A stretch of DNA of 63,976 nucleotides, the filler included. It is 6 parts of 6 records of this genome, joined end to end, with 100 filler letters (N's around TTAATTAATTAA, not from the genome) between each part and the next. Parts side by side here need not be neighbours in the genome. Positions count along the whole stretch, not along the records: positions 1 to 8,339 come from SRR20825010_4867; positions 8,440 to 17,563 come from SRR20825010_4873; 4 more parts are not named here. The stretch is one strand, 5' to 3'. The notes beneath the pieces are model-generated. The model ran no database searches. It was not told the origin of the DNA and was given only the letters and a program-made list of their open reading frames with translations. Position 1 is the first letter of the stretch, and every line of letters starts with the position of its first letter. This document shows positions 1 through 11,696 of the stretch, piece after piece. Made by a program: the position numbers and the translations under genes.

Positions 1-2
1 CG

Positions 3-1193
3 ATTGAAGACTTTGTGATAGAGGTGAATTATGGTCACATCAATCGCCTCATTGGGAAGATAATTGAACCTTCACAGGTGAAGTCAATTTTGGAAAGCCT
101 GGAAATTAAAGTTGAAAATGAAACTGCAGAAGGCTTTACGGCCACTGCAAAGCCATATAGAGTAGATGTGACGCGTGAAGCGGATATCATCGAGGAAGTT
201 CTGAGGATTTACGGTTTTCACAACGTGGAGCTCTCTGAGAATCTTAGAACGGACTACCTTGCAGAGCATCCTGTGAAGGATCTGAATAAGTTGCAGTATC
301 GTTTGACTGAGATCTTGACAGGTCAGGGTTACTACGAAATGATTACCAATAGCTTGACGAAGTCTACGTATGCTGAGAAATCTGGTTTCCTTGATCCAAA
401 AGACAACGTAGTCATTTACAACAAGCTTAGTGAAGATCTTGACGTGATGCGTCAAAGTTTGCTTTACTCAGGGTTGGAAGTTTTGGCCAGAAATATAAAC
501 AGACGTCAGACCGATTTAAAATACTTCGAGTTTGGCACCGTTTATCATAAGGCTGAAGAAGGATATGCAGAAAGCAGAAGGTTGTCACTTTTCCTTACAG
601 GTAAAAAGACCGCAGAAAGCTGGTTAGAGCCGACGAAGGGATTTGCCTTTGCGGATTTGTATTCAACAGTGGAAGCAGTTCTAGAGAAGTTGAATGTACA
701 GCCTGGAGATCTTTCAATGGTAGAGACTGCGCCTTATGCCTACGGCTTGAAGATCATGCTTGGCCAGAAAGAATTGGCGACAATTGGTCTGCTGGACGAT
801 AAGATTTTGAAGCAAGCTGAAGTAAGGCAAGAAGTATGGTATGCTGATTTAAATTGGGATTTGCTTTGCAAAAAAGCTGCTGGTTTGAAGAAGTTTGAGG
901 AGATTTCGAAATTCCCTGAGGTTCGTAGAGATCTTTCCTTGGTGATTGACAAAACAGTGAGTTACGATCAGGTAAAATCTGTAGCGACGAAATTTGGAGG
1001 AAAATTATTAAAAAGAATTGGAGTTTTTGATGTGTACCAAGGTGATAAAATTGATGCAAGCAAGAAGGCCTATGCATTAAGTTTTCACTTACAGGATCAG
1101 GAAAATACTTTGACTGATAAGGTAATTGACAAAACTATGAGTAAATTGATTCAAGCCTTTGAGAAAGAGGTAGGTGCTTTGATAAGAACATAG
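3..1193 (+). CDS. pheT: Phenylalanine--tRNA ligase beta subunit (5'-truncated)
   Basis: B5 motif (PYRVDVTREADIIEEVLRIYG), beta core (MRQSLL, FEFG) and C-terminal FDX-ACB domain (SKFPEVRRDLSLVID). The frame is open to the window edge. Confidence 0.97.
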   Translation: MEDFVIEVNYGHINRLIGKIIEPSQVKSILESLEIKVENETAEGFTATAKPYRVDVTREADIIEEVLRIYGFHNVELSENLRTDYLAEHPVKDLNKLQYRLTEILTGQGYYEMITNSLTKSTYAEKSGFLDPKDNVVIYNKLSEDLDVMRQSLLYSGLEVLARNINRRQTDLKYFEFGTVYHKAEEGYAESRRLSLFLTGKKTAESWLEPTKGFAFADLYSTVEAVLEKLNVQPGDLSMVETAPYAYGLKIMLGQKELATIGLLDDKILKQAEVRQEVWYADLNWDLLCKKAAGLKKFEEISKFPEVRRDLSLVIDKTVSYDQVKSVATKFGGKLLKRIGVFDVYQGDKIDASKKAYALSFHLQDQENTLTDKVIDKTMSKLIQAFEKEVGALIRT

Positions 1194-1195
1194 AA

Positions 1196-1480
1196 ATGAT
1201 TCAAGAAGAACTGCAAAAATTGGAGAAACTAGCATTAAGAGCTAGTAGTAAATTGCTGGAGATAAGTGAAGAAAACCAGCAATTGAAACAAAAATTATCC
1301 GAAGTGAGCACTGCTTTGGGTAAAAAAGAGCAGGAAATTGAACATTTTAAAAATAAAATTAAAATTAGTAACATTGTGGACAACCAACCGGTGAATCCGG
1401 AACAGTCAACTGAAATGAGTGACCTAATCAATAATTATATACAAGAAATCGATCATTTAATCACCTACTTATCTGAGTGA
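1196..1480 (+). CDS. Coiled-coil protein upstream of zapA (ZapB-like)
   Basis: 94-aa heptad-rich ORF ending INNYIQEIDHLITYLSE, tightly packed between pheT and zapA. Confidence 0.7.
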   Translation: MIQEELQKLEKLALRASSKLLEISEENQQLKQKLSEVSTALGKKEQEIEHFKNKIKISNIVDNQPVNPEQSTEMSDLINNYIQEIDHLITYLSE

Positions 1481-1481
1481 T

Positions 1482-1766
1482 ATGGAGACACTTGCCATCA
1501 GGTTAAAAATAGGGGATAGAGAATATCCCATGCGCGTGAAGATCGAGGACGAGTCCAAAATCCGTCATGCTGGCAAGCTGATTAATGAAAAATTAAGAAA
1601 GTATAAAGAGGAATTTGGACTGGACGACAACCAGGATTTGCTGGCTATGGTAGCTTTTGATTGCATGGTGGAATCATTGGAGACTAACCAAGTAAATACG
1701 GAAGATTCCGAGCATATAAAATCCAGTATTTCTCATATCAATGCCTTGCTTGCTAAGGCTTTGTAA
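1482..1766 (+). CDS. zapA: Cell division protein ZapA
   Basis: IRLKIGDREYPMRV...IRHAGKLINEKL...QDLLAMVA pattern, and position between pheT and rny. Confidence 0.9.
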   Translation: METLAIRLKIGDREYPMRVKIEDESKIRHAGKLINEKLRKYKEEFGLDDNQDLLAMVAFDCMVESLETNQVNTEDSEHIKSSISHINALLAKAL

Positions 1767-1834
1767 TTATTTATAACACAAAAATCAGAAGATTTTTCAG
1801 ATTCCCCCAGGTTTAATTTATATCCAAAATACCT

Positions 1835-3400
1835 ATGGGAGACATACTATATATTGTCCTCGCAGCCCTAATTGGGACTGGTGCAGGAGCTGCTATTGCT
1901 GGCGCATTAATTAAAAATAAAAATTCTAAACTAGAAGAAGAAACCCGCGAGCGTGTGAAATCCATGCTTCGTGAAGCTGAAATCAATGCAGAGTCTATCA
2001 AAAAAGACAGGATTCTGGAAGCTAAGGAAAAGTATCTCAAGCTTAAGTCTGAGTTTGATGAGGAGATGGGTAATAAGAAGAATATTATCATCACCAATGA
2101 GAATAAAGTTAAGCAAAGAGAGCAGCAGGTTTCAAAGGAATTAGAGCAGGTCAAAAGAAAAGAAGCTGAGCTAGATAGCAAATCAGAGAATTTAGCTGCG
2201 CAGTTACACTCAATGAAAGTTAAAAAAGAGGAGCTAGATCGTGTAACTAACCAACGTATTGCCGACTTAGAAAAAGTAGCAAACCTTACCCGCGAAGAAG
2301 CACGTGATCAATTGGTAACTATGCTTACAGAGGAGGCTAATTCCAGAGCATCTTCACAAATCAAAGATATACTAGACGAAGCTAAACTTACCGCTACCAA
2401 GCAGGCCAAAAAGATCGTCTTGGATACTATTCAGCGTACAGCTACTGAACATGCGGTAGAAAACTGTGTCTCTGTATTCAACATCGAAAGTGATGATATC
2501 AAAGGTAAAATCATCGGTAGAGAAGGTAGAAATATACGTGCGCTGGAAGCAGCAACTGGAGTAGAAATCGTAGTAGATGATACACCTGAAGCAATCATCA
2601 TCTCTGGTTTTGATCCAGTGAGAAGAGAAGTAGCAAGACTTTCACTTCATAGATTGGTGCAGGACGGACGTATTCACCCAGCTAGGATCGAAGAAGTTGT
2701 GGCCAAAACCGAAAAGAATATAGAAGAAGAGATCGTTGAGATCGGCGAGAGAACTTGTATAGATCTTGGTATTCATGGCCTACATCCTGAGTTGATCAGA
2801 ATGGTAGGACGGATGAGATATAGATCTTCTTACGGCCAGAACTTACTTCAGCACTCTAGAGAAGTAGCCAAGCTTTGTGCTACTATGGCTGCTGAAATGG
2901 GTCTTAATGCTAAGATGGCTAAGCGTGCAGGTTTGCTTCATGATATCGGAAAAGTATGGCATGAAGAGCAAGAGCTTCCTCACGCTATTTTGGGTATGGA
3001 ACTGGCTAAGCGATACAAGGAACATCCAGAGATCTGTAATGCGATCGGAGCTCACCACGATGAGATTGAGATGACTACCATGATCTCACCTATCGTTCAG
3101 GCTTCAGATGCGATTTCAGGAGCTAGACCAGGAGCTAGACGTGAAGTGATGGATAGTTACATCAAACGTCTGAAAGACCTTGAGGAGCTCGCATTAGGCT
3201 TTGACGGAGTAAATAAATGCTTTGCGATGCAAGCAGGTCGTGAACTTCGTGTTTTAGTTGATGCTGATAATGTAGATGATTCTACAGCGGGTAAGCTTTC
3301 TTTTGATATTTCTCAGAAAATAGAGAAGGAAATGCAGTATCCAGGACAGATCAAAATCACAGTAATTCGTGAAATGAGATCAGTAAATTACGCTAGATAA
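1835..3400 (+). CDS. rny: Ribonuclease Y
   Basis: N-terminal TM helix, coiled coil, KH domain ([13 protein letters not shown]) and HD domain ([10 protein letters not shown]). Confidence 0.98.
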   Translation: MGDILYIVLAALIGTGAGAAIAGALIKNKNSKLEEETRERVKSMLREAEINAESIKKDRILEAKEKYLKLKSEFDEEMGNKKNIIITNENKVKQREQQVSKELEQVKRKEAELDSKSENLAAQLHSMKVKKEELDRVTNQRIADLEKVANLTREEARDQLVTMLTEEANSRASSQIKDILDEAKLTATKQAKKIVLDTIQRTATEHAVENCVSVFNIESDDIKGKIIGREGRNIRALEAATGVEIVVDDTPEAIIISGFDPVRREVARLSLHRLVQDGRIHPARIEEVVAKTEKNIEEEIVEIGERTCIDLGIHGLHPELIRMVGRMRYRSSYGQNLLQHSREVAKLCATMAAEMGLNAKMAKRAGLLHDIGKVWHEEQELPHAILGMELAKRYKEHPEICNAIGAHHDEIEMTTMISPIVQASDAISGARPGARREVMDSYIKRLKDLEELALGFDGVNKCFAMQAGRELRVLVDADNVDDSTAGKLSFDISQKIEKEMQYPGQIKITVIREMRSVNYAR

Positions 3401-3422
3401 CTTAAGAATTAATTCTTACTTT

Positions 3423-3456
3423 AAGGGCAGCTACTCATCGGTAGCTGTCTTTTTTT
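3423..3456 (+). terminator. Intrinsic terminator after rny
   Basis: Stem GGCAGCTAC / GTAGCTGTC followed by a T run. Confidence 0.8.
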
Positions 3457-3462
3457 GCACTT

Positions 3463-4224
3463 ATGTTTTTACTTCATTCGCTATTACTTGAGATTTTCGA
3501 ATGGCTCTATGATGGAGTTACCTATTTGAATAGGCGAAAAATCACGAGTTCGGAAAGAACAATTTTGGAAAATGCATTTCCATACTACCAGAGACTCAAT
3601 CAAAAGCACCAAGATAAGTTTGTGCAAAAATTGGAAATGGTCTTAACAGGAAAATCATTTATAGGCAGGTCAGATATTAGAGTAGTTACTCCAGAGATGA
3701 AAGTGCTTATTGGGGCGACTATAGTGATGGTGACTTTTGGCTTGGATGATCTTCGATTACCACATTTCAATAAGATTTTGATTTATCCAGACACGTATTA
3801 CAGCACTATTTCAAAGCGCTATCATCGTGGCGAGGTCAATCCACGACTCGGGATTATCGTTGTTTCTTGGAGTTGTTTTTTAGATGGGATGCAGCATGAA
3901 AGTGACGGAGTGAATCTGGGTATCCACGAAATAGCCCATGCCTTGAAACTGGAAAATCAGATTTATAACAACGGAGAAAGTGAATTCTTCAATCCTAAAG
4001 TTTATAGGGACTTTCAAGTCTTGGCGAGCCAGGAAATAGGAAGAATAAAAGCCGGGAACTTGACTGTCTTTAGGTCAAATGCCGGCTTAAATGAGGATGA
4101 ATTCTTTGCGGTAGCTTTGGAGACCTTCTTTGAAAAGCCCCACGAGTTTTTTGAATATAATCAGATACTCTATGGGACTTTGGTACGCCTTATGCGCCAA
4201 GATCCGCGAGTGTGGATCCGGTAA
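3463..4224 (+). CDS. Zinc-dependent peptidase, MtfA/M90 family
   Basis: HEIAH zinc motif (DGVNLGIHEIAHAL) and NEDEFFAVALETFFEKP motif. Confidence 0.85.
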   Translation: MFLLHSLLLEIFEWLYDGVTYLNRRKITSSERTILENAFPYYQRLNQKHQDKFVQKLEMVLTGKSFIGRSDIRVVTPEMKVLIGATIVMVTFGLDDLRLPHFNKILIYPDTYYSTISKRYHRGEVNPRLGIIVVSWSCFLDGMQHESDGVNLGIHEIAHALKLENQIYNNGESEFFNPKVYRDFQVLASQEIGRIKAGNLTVFRSNAGLNEDEFFAVALETFFEKPHEFFEYNQILYGTLVRLMRQDPRVWIR

Positions 4225-4255
4225 TAGGTGTTCTTTATTGATATAAAAGAGTCTG

Positions 4256-6376
4256 CTACGCTTCCATCAATTTCTTTAGAATCTTAATCGCGGCTTCTGA
4301 GAGAACAGTTCCAGGCCCAAAAACCTCCGATACTCCAGCATCAAAAAGGTATTGGTAGTCTTGAGTGGGAATCACGCCGCCAGCTACTACCATGATATCG
4401 GCTCTTCCCAATTTCTTCAAGGCTTCTATCAATTGCGGTACAAGTGTCTTATGGCCTGCGGCCAAAGAGGAAGCTCCGACGATATGGACATCATTCTCTA
4501 TGGCTTGCTGAGCAACTTCTTCCGGAGTTTGGAAAAGCGGCCCGATGTCCACGTCAAACCCCATATCAGCAAAGCCTGTGGCGATGATTTTAGCCCCACG
4601 ATCGTGTCCGTCCTGACCCATTTTGGCAACCATGATTCTAGGTCGACGACCTTCCATTTCGGCGAATTCGTCAGATAGGGCAATGGCTTTTTGAAACGAT
4701 TCCTGATTTTTCACTTCTGCTGCGTAAACTCCCGTGATAGATTTTGTTTGTGCTTGATGGCGGCCGAAAATCTCCTCCATTGCATCTGAGATTTCTCCCA
4801 AAGTAGCTCTTTTTCTCGCTGCATCGATAGCCAATTCAAGTAGATTTCCATCACCTGACTTAGCTGCCTGAGTAAGGACTTTCAGGCTTTTGGCTACTTC
4901 TTCCTGATTTCTTGAATCCTTCACGCCTTTGAGTCTTGCAAGCTGAGATTCTCTGACGGCTTGGTTGTCCACATCGCGAACTTCAATCTCAGACTTTTCA
5001 TCTACCTGATAGCGATTAACACCAACAATGATGTCTCTGCCACTGTCGATCCTTGCTTGCTTTTTGGCGGCAGCCTCTTCAATTCTTAGCTTAGGTAAAC
5101 CTGCTTCTATGGCTTTTGCCATTCCGCCCAGTTCTTCCACTTCTTCGATCAATGTCCAAGCACGCTGCACCAATTGATCTGTCAAGAACTCCACATAATG
5201 CGATCCTCCCCAAGGATCAACCACATTGGTGATGCCAGTTTCTTCCTGAAGGACTAGTTGTGTGTTTCTGGCAATCCTTGCAGAAAAATCTGTAGGCAAA
5301 GCGATGGCTTCATCCAGTGAATTTGTGTGAAGAGATTGTGTGTGTCCCATTACAGCAGCAAGTGCTTCGATGGCCGTTCGAGTTACATTATTATAAGGGT
5401 CTTGCTCGGTAAGTGACCAGCCAGAAGTTTGGCAGTGAGTTCTTAGAGCTAGGGATTTGTCAGATTTTGGATTGAACTGCTTGACGATTTTCGCCCATAG
5501 TAAGCGACCTGCCCGCATCTTGGCGATTTCCATAAAGTAATTCATGCCAACCGCCCAGAAGAATGAAAGCCTAGGCGCAAAATCGTCTATGTCCAATCCG
5601 GTTTTTACGCCTGTTCTCAAATACTCCAAACCATCTGCAAGTGTGTAAGCCAATTCAATGTCTGCCGTAGCTCCAGCTTCCTGCATGTGATAACCAGAAA
5701 TGGAGATGGAATTGAAGCGAGGCATGCGCTCCGAAGTGAATTTGAATATGTCGGCGATGATCCGCATCGATGGCTGCGGTGGATAGATATAAGTGTTTCG
5801 CACCATAAACTCCTTCAGAATATCATTCTGAATAGTTCCATTTAGCTGCTCAGGTTTTACTCCTTGCTCTTCTGCTGCAACTATGTAAAAAGCCAAAATT
5901 GGAATCACCGCTCCATTCATGGTCATGGAGACAGACATCTGATCCAGAGGAATCTGGTCAAACAAGATCTTCATGTCTTCCACAGAATCGATTGCTACGC
6001 CTGCTTTTCCCACGTCTCCTACCACACGTGGATGATCTGAATCATATCCTCTGTGAGTAGCCAAATCAAAAGCAACGGAAAGTCCTTTCTGACCACCGGC
6101 TAGGTTTTTTCTGTAAAAAGAATTGGACTCTTCCGCAGTAGAAAAACCTGCGTACTGGCGAATTGTCCAAGCTCGCATGCGATACATCGTACTGTAAGGC
6201 CCTCTTAGATAAGGAGGGATTCCTGCTGCAAAATTCACATGTGAGAGCTGAGCGATTTGCTTTCCATCAAAAACTGATGGAATAGAAATCTGCTCTGGGG
6301 CTTCCCAGTTAGTTGTTTCTTCAATGATGGACGTCTGAATCTCTACAGATTTCCAATTTTTCAGGTCTGGTCTCAT
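4256..6376 (-). CDS. scpA: Methylmalonyl-CoA mutase, large (B12-binding) subunit
   Basis: [24 protein letters not shown] and B12-binding motif [10 protein letters not shown]. Confidence 0.97.
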   Translation of the reverse strand: MRPDLKNWKSVEIQTSIIEETTNWEAPEQISIPSVFDGKQIAQLSHVNFAAGIPPYLRGPYSTMYRMRAWTIRQYAGFSTAEESNSFYRKNLAGGQKGLSVAFDLATHRGYDSDHPRVVGDVGKAGVAIDSVEDMKILFDQIPLDQMSVSMTMNGAVIPILAFYIVAAEEQGVKPEQLNGTIQNDILKEFMVRNTYIYPPQPSMRIIADIFKFTSERMPRFNSISISGYHMQEAGATADIELAYTLADGLEYLRTGVKTGLDIDDFAPRLSFFWAVGMNYFMEIAKMRAGRLLWAKIVKQFNPKSDKSLALRTHCQTSGWSLTEQDPYNNVTRTAIEALAAVMGHTQSLHTNSLDEAIALPTDFSARIARNTQLVLQEETGITNVVDPWGGSHYVEFLTDQLVQRAWTLIEEVEELGGMAKAIEAGLPKLRIEEAAAKKQARIDSGRDIIVGVNRYQVDEKSEIEVRDVDNQAVRESQLARLKGVKDSRNQEEVAKSLKVLTQAAKSGDGNLLELAIDAARKRATLGEISDAMEEIFGRHQAQTKSITGVYAAEVKNQESFQKAIALSDEFAEMEGRRPRIMVAKMGQDGHDRGAKIIATGFADMGFDVDIGPLFQTPEEVAQQAIENDVHIVGASSLAAGHKTLVPQLIEALKKLGRADIMVVAGGVIPTQDYQYLFDAGVSEVFGPGTVLSEAAIKILKKLMEA

Positions 6377-7779
6377 GCGTGATTCAGTATGTTTTGTTCT
6401 ACAAAGTATGTCGCTCTGCTTGGAAGCAGTTCAAAGTCCTTTTCAGCTATTGGCTCAAATGCAAGGTGGTTTTCCAATTTACCTTTGGCTAAGTATTTAT
6501 TCACACCAACTTTTATATCTGAATCGGCTAGAACTCTCTTCTGGGCCTTTTCTCGAGAATCTCGAATTTCAGCATGGAGTGTCCTGTCTTCGAAGCTTTT
6601 CAGCCAGCCGCCTTTTTCTTCCAAATCCTGAAGTCCTTCGATTACGGATTTTTCAATTTCCCGTTGAAGTGTTTCTAAGTAATATGATCCGGCGGCAGGG
6701 TCCATGACTTTATCCAAATAGCTCTCCTCATTAAGAATAGAAGAAACATTTCTCGCGATTCTCTTTTCCAGTACGGAGGCATCTTTTCCTTCAGTAGGTT
6801 TCACCCAAAGGGAATTTCCACCTCCAAGAATCCCTGCCATCGCTTCATAAGTCTGGCGAATGAGATTGGTGTTTTTGTCCAGAAGTGATTTGCTCCATTG
6901 GCTGGTGGAGGTAGTGATGTGAATATTCTCCATCTCGATCTGTACACCGTAGTTAGCGGCTAGTTCCACGATGAGCTTGCGCAAAGCCTTCACCTTAGCG
7001 ATTTCTGCAAAGTGTGAATCACCGACAGCAGTATGGAAAGCTAAATTTTCAAACACTTGAGTTGGTGAAATCGCTCTTTTGGAAAGCACGTCTATTAACT
7101 CTATGACTTCTCCCAAACCAAAAATCAGTTCCTCGACCCCAGTAGCACCAGAATTTGCGTAGCGAGATAAATTTATTGTGATCGGATAAAATTCTCTAAA
7201 CTCCTTGAAGTCATTTATCGCTTTAGCTGCTTGGTTGACTTCCAAATCAAAATTATCTCCACTTTGAAAGAGCTTGTCGCAAGGAGACCAGATAATTGAT
7301 CCCCGCAGCATTCCTGGTTTTAGCGTTAGAGAATCTATCCATTCCTGTATTTGATGAAAAAACTGGGTCGTTTCTCCAGTAGGCAGGAAATTGGTGGATA
7401 TAAACTCCGTGTGAACTGCTTTTAGAACTTGGTTTAGATTTTCTGTCCCTTCCAAATGCAGTATTAGTCCGTCTGCTCCGTTCTGAAGGGCATGGAGAAC
7501 CTCTTCATTTGTCTCTTTTTCATTTTCTGGAAATACAGACACTACATTATTCCAGACACGTGGAGATGTACCAGGTATTTTAGCGTCTGAATGAAATTTA
7601 TATTCGGCCGCTAAGCCATCTACATCTTCTGATGTGTAGAAGGGAGAGATCTTGACTTTATTCCAAAGTGAGGAGGTAAGTGTGTCCTCAAAATCTTTTC
7701 CTTTTAGGTCTCTTTTTACTTGCTCAATCCACTCATCTTTGCTGGAGGGAGGGAATGAATAGAAGTCCTGATTTGTCAT
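6373..7779 (-). CDS. mutA: Methylmalonyl-CoA mutase small subunit (MutA-like)
   Basis: [44 protein letters not shown]; 4-bp overlap with the large-subunit gene. Confidence 0.88.
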   Translation of the reverse strand: MTNQDFYSFPPSSKDEWIEQVKRDLKGKDFEDTLTSSLWNKVKISPFYTSEDVDGLAAEYKFHSDAKIPGTSPRVWNNVVSVFPENEKETNEEVLHALQNGADGLILHLEGTENLNQVLKAVHTEFISTNFLPTGETTQFFHQIQEWIDSLTLKPGMLRGSIIWSPCDKLFQSGDNFDLEVNQAAKAINDFKEFREFYPITINLSRYANSGATGVEELIFGLGEVIELIDVLSKRAISPTQVFENLAFHTAVGDSHFAEIAKVKALRKLIVELAANYGVQIEMENIHITTSTSQWSKSLLDKNTNLIRQTYEAMAGILGGGNSLWVKPTEGKDASVLEKRIARNVSSILNEESYLDKVMDPAAGSYYLETLQREIEKSVIEGLQDLEEKGGWLKSFEDRTLHAEIRDSREKAQKRVLADSDIKVGVNKYLAKGKLENHLAFEPIAEKDFELLPSRATYFVEQNILNHA

Positions 7780-8185
7780 AGTTGGGTTTACAATTGTACT
7801 TAATCTGTATTTCTACGAATAAAAACCATTTATTGATTAGTAGTGGTAGATCAAAATGGGCTTCATCAAAATTAGGAAAATGAGGGAGAAATAAAGAAGC
7901 TAAAGGATTGACTTTATTATTTCGATTTGTTTTGCAGATCTTTTCAAAAGCCTGAAAACTAGAATAGTTACTGTTTTTGAGCTAAATGCGACCCTATATC
8001 ACTTTAAAATTGATGCATAAAACTGAAAAGTATTTTATCACCAAATTTCCTTTGGCAGGAAATAGGGAGTTGTCCAAAAACTCAATATTTCAAGAAGAAA
8101 TCAATTTTTTATTTAAGTTAATTTTCATCAAATTTGACACCCTTGCACCTACCGCAAGATCATTGTTTTTCAGAAATCTTCTCTA

Positions 8186-8339
8186 ATGAGTTCAGAAGCT
8201 AGCGCCGTTTGGAATGAATGTTTACGTGTTATTGAACAACACGTCAATGAGCAGAGCTTTTCAACTTGGTTTAAGCCCATTAATCCAGTAAAACTTGAAG
8301 GCACTTCGCTGACCATTCAGGTTCCAAGCCAATTCTTCT
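8186..8339 (+). CDS. dnaA: Chromosomal replication initiator DnaA, N-terminal fragment (cut by contig end)
   Basis: VWNECLRVI...QSFSTWFKPINP...LTIQVPSQFF is DnaA domain I. Confidence 0.92.
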
Positions 8340-8439
8340 NNNNNNNNNNNNNNNNNNNNNNNNNNNNNNNNNNNNNNNNNNNNTTAATTAATTAANNNNN
8401 NNNNNNNNNNNNNNNNNNNNNNNNNNNNNNNNNNNNNNN
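8340..8439. other. Artificial contig spacer
   Basis: N44-TTAATTAATTAA-N44 (stops in all six frames); composition changes on either side. Confidence 0.99.
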
Positions 8440-8826
8440 CTTGACCATCTTGCCCGGGATCATCCAGTTCGCCAGATCGCCATTCTCAGCCACTTCCATG
8501 GCACCAAGGATCGAGAGGTCAATGTGACCACCACGGATCATGCCAAAGCTGTCTGCGCTTGAGAAATAGCTGGAGGTTGGCAACTGCGTAATGGTTTGTT
8601 TGCCTGCGTTGATGAGATCAGCATCCACCTCATTGTCATAAGGGAATGGCCCCATGCCCAGCATGCCGTTCTCGGATTGCAGCGTCACTTCCATCCCATC
8701 AGGAATATAGTTTGCTACCAGGGTCGGGATGCCGATGCCGAGATTGACGTAAAACCCGTCTTCAAGCTCACGCGCTGCGCGAGCTGCCATCTGGTTCCTG
8801 TCCCATCCTTTGACTGTGTTTGCCAT
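8440..8826 (-). CDS. scoB: 3-oxoacid CoA-transferase subunit B (3'-truncated)
   Basis: [15 protein letters not shown] and [20 protein letters not shown] motifs. Confidence 0.95.
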
Positions 8827-9533
8827 TATGCTTTCTCCCCAGCCATGCGTACTGTGCGCTGTTCGATACGCTTTTCAAAGGTGCCTTCAACAATGCGCTG
8901 CACAAAAATGCCCGGCGTGTGAATGTGGTCCGGGTCCAACTCGCCCGGTTTCACCAGTTCTTCCACCTCGGCCACGGTTATTCTGCCAGCCGTAGCCATC
9001 ATCGGGTTGAAGTTGCGCGCTGTCTTGCGGAAGATGAGGTTGCCTTCAGTGTCGCCCTTCCAGGCTTTCACGATGGAAAGATCTGCCGTCAGCCCGGTTT
9101 CCATGATGTAGGTTTCGCCGCCAAAATCCTTGTGTTCCTTGCCCTCAGCAATCAGGGTGCCCACGCCCGTTTTGGTATAAAAACCGGGAATACCCGCGCC
9201 ACCAGCCCGAATACGTTCGGCCAGAGTGCCTTGCGGGTTAAACTCAAGCTCAAGCTCGCCTGTCAGATACTGGCGCTCAAATTCCTTGTTTTCCCCCACG
9301 TAAGACGAGACCATTTTCTTGATCTGCTTGGCGTCCAGAAGAACACCCAGACCAAAACCGTCAACACCGCAGTTGTTGGAAATAACCGTCATATCGCGCG
9401 TACCAGCTTTATGGAGCGCCGCGATCAGGTTTTCAGGAATACCACAAAGACCAAAGCCGCCCGCCATGACCGTCATGCCGTCAAACAGCAAACCGTCGAG
9501 CGCTTTTTCCGCACTATCAAACACTTTTTTCAT
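8826..9533 (-). CDS. scoA: 3-oxoacid CoA-transferase subunit A
   Basis: [29 protein letters not shown] and ARNFNP motifs; TAATG coupling to scoB. Confidence 0.95.
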   Translation of the reverse strand: MKKVFDSAEKALDGLLFDGMTVMAGGFGLCGIPENLIAALHKAGTRDMTVISNNCGVDGFGLGVLLDAKQIKKMVSSYVGENKEFERQYLTGELELEFNPQGTLAERIRAGGAGIPGFYTKTGVGTLIAEGKEHKDFGGETYIMETGLTADLSIVKAWKGDTEGNLIFRKTARNFNPMMATAGRITVAEVEELVKPGELDPDHIHTPGIFVQRIVEGTFEKRIEQRTVRMAGEKA

Positions 9534-9794
9534 GCATTGCTCCCGCTATGAAGTTAGGGAAAACAGCGAAAGCTTCATACGCAAGCGCGCAGAAACCGCC
9601 TGTTTTGCACCGAATACCGCCAATTGGTTTCATTTGCAACAATTAGACATGCTCTGTGAAAGCAAGGTATCGGTGCGGTTGCATTTGTATCGGCCATCTT
9701 GAAGCCATTGTTAAGCCACATTATATTGATGTTATAGATAGAAGAAATATATGGCGGCGCTTAGGCGCTCGTGAACAGCGACTGGAGAAGATTT

Positions 9795-10064
9795 ATGATG
9801 CGCCTTTTATGCCGGATTATCGGTGGTGCGCTTTGTTTCATCGGCATCATTGGTATGCTGACGCCAATCCCCTTTGGCTTGATCTTCTTTGTTATAGGCT
9901 TGCTCTTCCTGATCCCGACCACACCTTCGGTCGCACGCAGAGTGCGCTGGGCCCGTAGCCGTATCGGCCTTTTTGACCGCGCGATGGACCTTGCAACCCG
10001 TACAGCACCTGCCCCCTACCGCCGCGTTCTTCGCCGCACCGAAGTGGGTGGTTACGACTGGTAA
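9795..10064 (+). CDS. Small membrane protein (PGPGW-like hypothetical)
   Basis: GGAG ribosome-binding site before the ATG at 9795; hydrophobic hairpin around TPIPFG and an Arg-rich tail. Confidence 0.6.
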   Translation: MMRLLCRIIGGALCFIGIIGMLTPIPFGLIFFVIGLLFLIPTTPSVARRVRWARSRIGLFDRAMDLATRTAPAPYRRVLRRTEVGGYDW

Positions 10065-10105
10065 ACTGTGGGCAACACTGCCTTTCAAACCAGCGCTAAA
10101 CACTA

Positions 10106-10122
10106 CTGACATTTTTTGTCAG
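10106..10122. promoter_or_regulatory. Palindromic operator CTGACA-N5-TGTCAG upstream of the GST-like pair
   Basis: Perfect 6-5-6 inverted repeat about 50 bp upstream of the start codon. Confidence 0.6.
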
Positions 10123-10170
10123 CATAGGTGATCTATAAGCTCCTTAGTCACGACAACGAGGAGCAATATA

Positions 10171-10902
10171 ATGACAACTTCCGCCCTTTCCCTTTATGCC
10201 TTCCCAACCGGTGAAGGCATGTTCAATATGAGCCCGTTTTGCTGCAAAGCGGATGTGTTATTCCAGATCGCCGGGATCGATTACGAGCCGATCACCCCAG
10301 AAGACTTCAAGGTTTTCTCCAAAGCCAAGCTGCCTGTTCTTCAGGACGGCGACGAGATCATTCAGGATTCAGAAATCATCCGTCAGCATCTTGAAGCCAA
10401 ACACGGCGCAGACTTTGACGGCGCCTTGACGTTTGAACAAAAAGCCATCGGCCACATGCTTTGCCGCATGGTGGAAGAACGCACCCGCTATGGCCTTCTT
10501 CACTCACGCTGGCATGACGATGCGGGCTGGGCGCAAACCTGCGCAATTTTCTTTGCCGATGCTCCGGAAGGCCTGGCGGACATCGTGCGGGAGCAGGTTC
10601 GTGAAACCTTGCGGCTCGACGGCTTTGGCCGCCATAGCGATGATGAAATTCGCGCGTTCCTGAATGCAGACCTTAAGGCACTCGCTCAGGTGTTGGGCGA
10701 TAACGACTTTTTCTTCGGCAGTGAGCCCACGTTCATTGACGCCACGGTGTTTGGTCTTCTTGTCAACTTCTATGCCTCCCCCGTCCGCACCTGGACTACG
10801 GAGCTGGTTAACTCGCACCCGACGCTTAAGGCCTATGTGGAACGCGGCCTTGCCCGTTGGTACCCCAAAGCTTTCGAGATGCTTCAAACACAAGCAGCCT
10901 GA
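10171..10902 (+). CDS. Glutathione S-transferase-like protein (metaxin/Fax type)
   Basis: SPFCCK, KLPVL..DGD..IQDSE and C-terminal FFFGSEPTFIDATVFG motifs. Confidence 0.88.
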   Translation: MTTSALSLYAFPTGEGMFNMSPFCCKADVLFQIAGIDYEPITPEDFKVFSKAKLPVLQDGDEIIQDSEIIRQHLEAKHGADFDGALTFEQKAIGHMLCRMVEERTRYGLLHSRWHDDAGWAQTCAIFFADAPEGLADIVREQVRETLRLDGFGRHSDDEIRAFLNADLKALAQVLGDNDFFFGSEPTFIDATVFGLLVNFYASPVRTWTTELVNSHPTLKAYVERGLARWYPKAFEMLQTQAA

Positions 10903-10929
10903 CCCAAGACAATCGGTGGAGCATTCGCC

Positions 10930-11655
10930 ATGAGCCAAAACATACCCACCCTTCATGTATTTCCGACCGACGACGGCTTCTTCAACCTCAGCCCGTTTTG
11001 CTGCAAGGCAGAAATACTGCTGCAGATGGTAGGCCTGCCTTATACCCTCGCCTTCCCGGAGGATTATAAGGTTTTCCCCAAAGGTAAACTGCCCGTTCTG
11101 AGCGATGGTAAAACGATGGTCGAAGACTCTGAAGCCATCAGGCAATATCTGGAGAATACAAAAGGCGCGTGCTTCACCAGTACTCTGGATGCAGGGCAAC
11201 GTGCCACAGGGCATGCGCTTTGCCGCATGCTGGAAGAGCGCACCTATTTTGCGCTGGTCTACAGCCGCTGGGTCGAGGAAGACGGCTGGGGCCGCACCCG
11301 CCCGATCTTTTTTGAAGGCGTGCCAGACGAGGCGGCGGAAGGCATACGCGGCCAGATGAGCACGGGCTTCAGGCACAGCGGGCTTGCCAACTGCACTGCA
11401 GACGAGATCAAAGCATGCCTTGAAGCTGATCTTAATGCACTCGCAGTGCTTCTCGGTGATGCGCCCTATTTCTTCGGCACAGAGCCAAGCTTTATTGACC
11501 CCACGGTGTTTGGTTTCATTGCAAACTTCTATGCAGCGCCTGAGCAAACATGGGCACGTGAACTGGTCGTCGTTCATCCCAATCTTGTGGCTTATTTCAA
11601 CCGCACGCTCGCCCGCTGGTATCCGGCAGCTGTGGAAATGAGCGAGGCCGAATAG
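10930..11655 (+). CDS. Glutathione S-transferase-like protein, tandem paralog
   Basis: Same motifs (SPFCCK, PKGKLP, DSE, YFFGTEPSFID); co-linear with the preceding gene. Confidence 0.88.
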   Translation: MSQNIPTLHVFPTDDGFFNLSPFCCKAEILLQMVGLPYTLAFPEDYKVFPKGKLPVLSDGKTMVEDSEAIRQYLENTKGACFTSTLDAGQRATGHALCRMLEERTYFALVYSRWVEEDGWGRTRPIFFEGVPDEAAEGIRGQMSTGFRHSGLANCTADEIKACLEADLNALAVLLGDAPYFFGTEPSFIDPTVFGFIANFYAAPEQTWARELVVVHPNLVAYFNRTLARWYPAAVEMSEAE

Positions 11656-11696
11656 GTTTCATGCCCTTCATTTAAAAGGCTATAGAAAGATTTCCG

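Noticed and set aside
1767-1834. 6S RNA between zapA and rny
   Set aside because: The gap is only 68 bp and shows no long hairpin, too short for 6S RNA.
7780-8185. oriC or cobalamin riboswitch upstream of dnaA/mutA
   Set aside because: No perfect DnaA box, only one two-mismatch TTGTCCAAA, and no B12-box motif seen.
8384-8395. TTAATTAATTAA as a biological repeat
   Set aside because: It sits in identical N-padded context five times and is an assembly linker. ORFs ending in X..LIN are artefacts of it.
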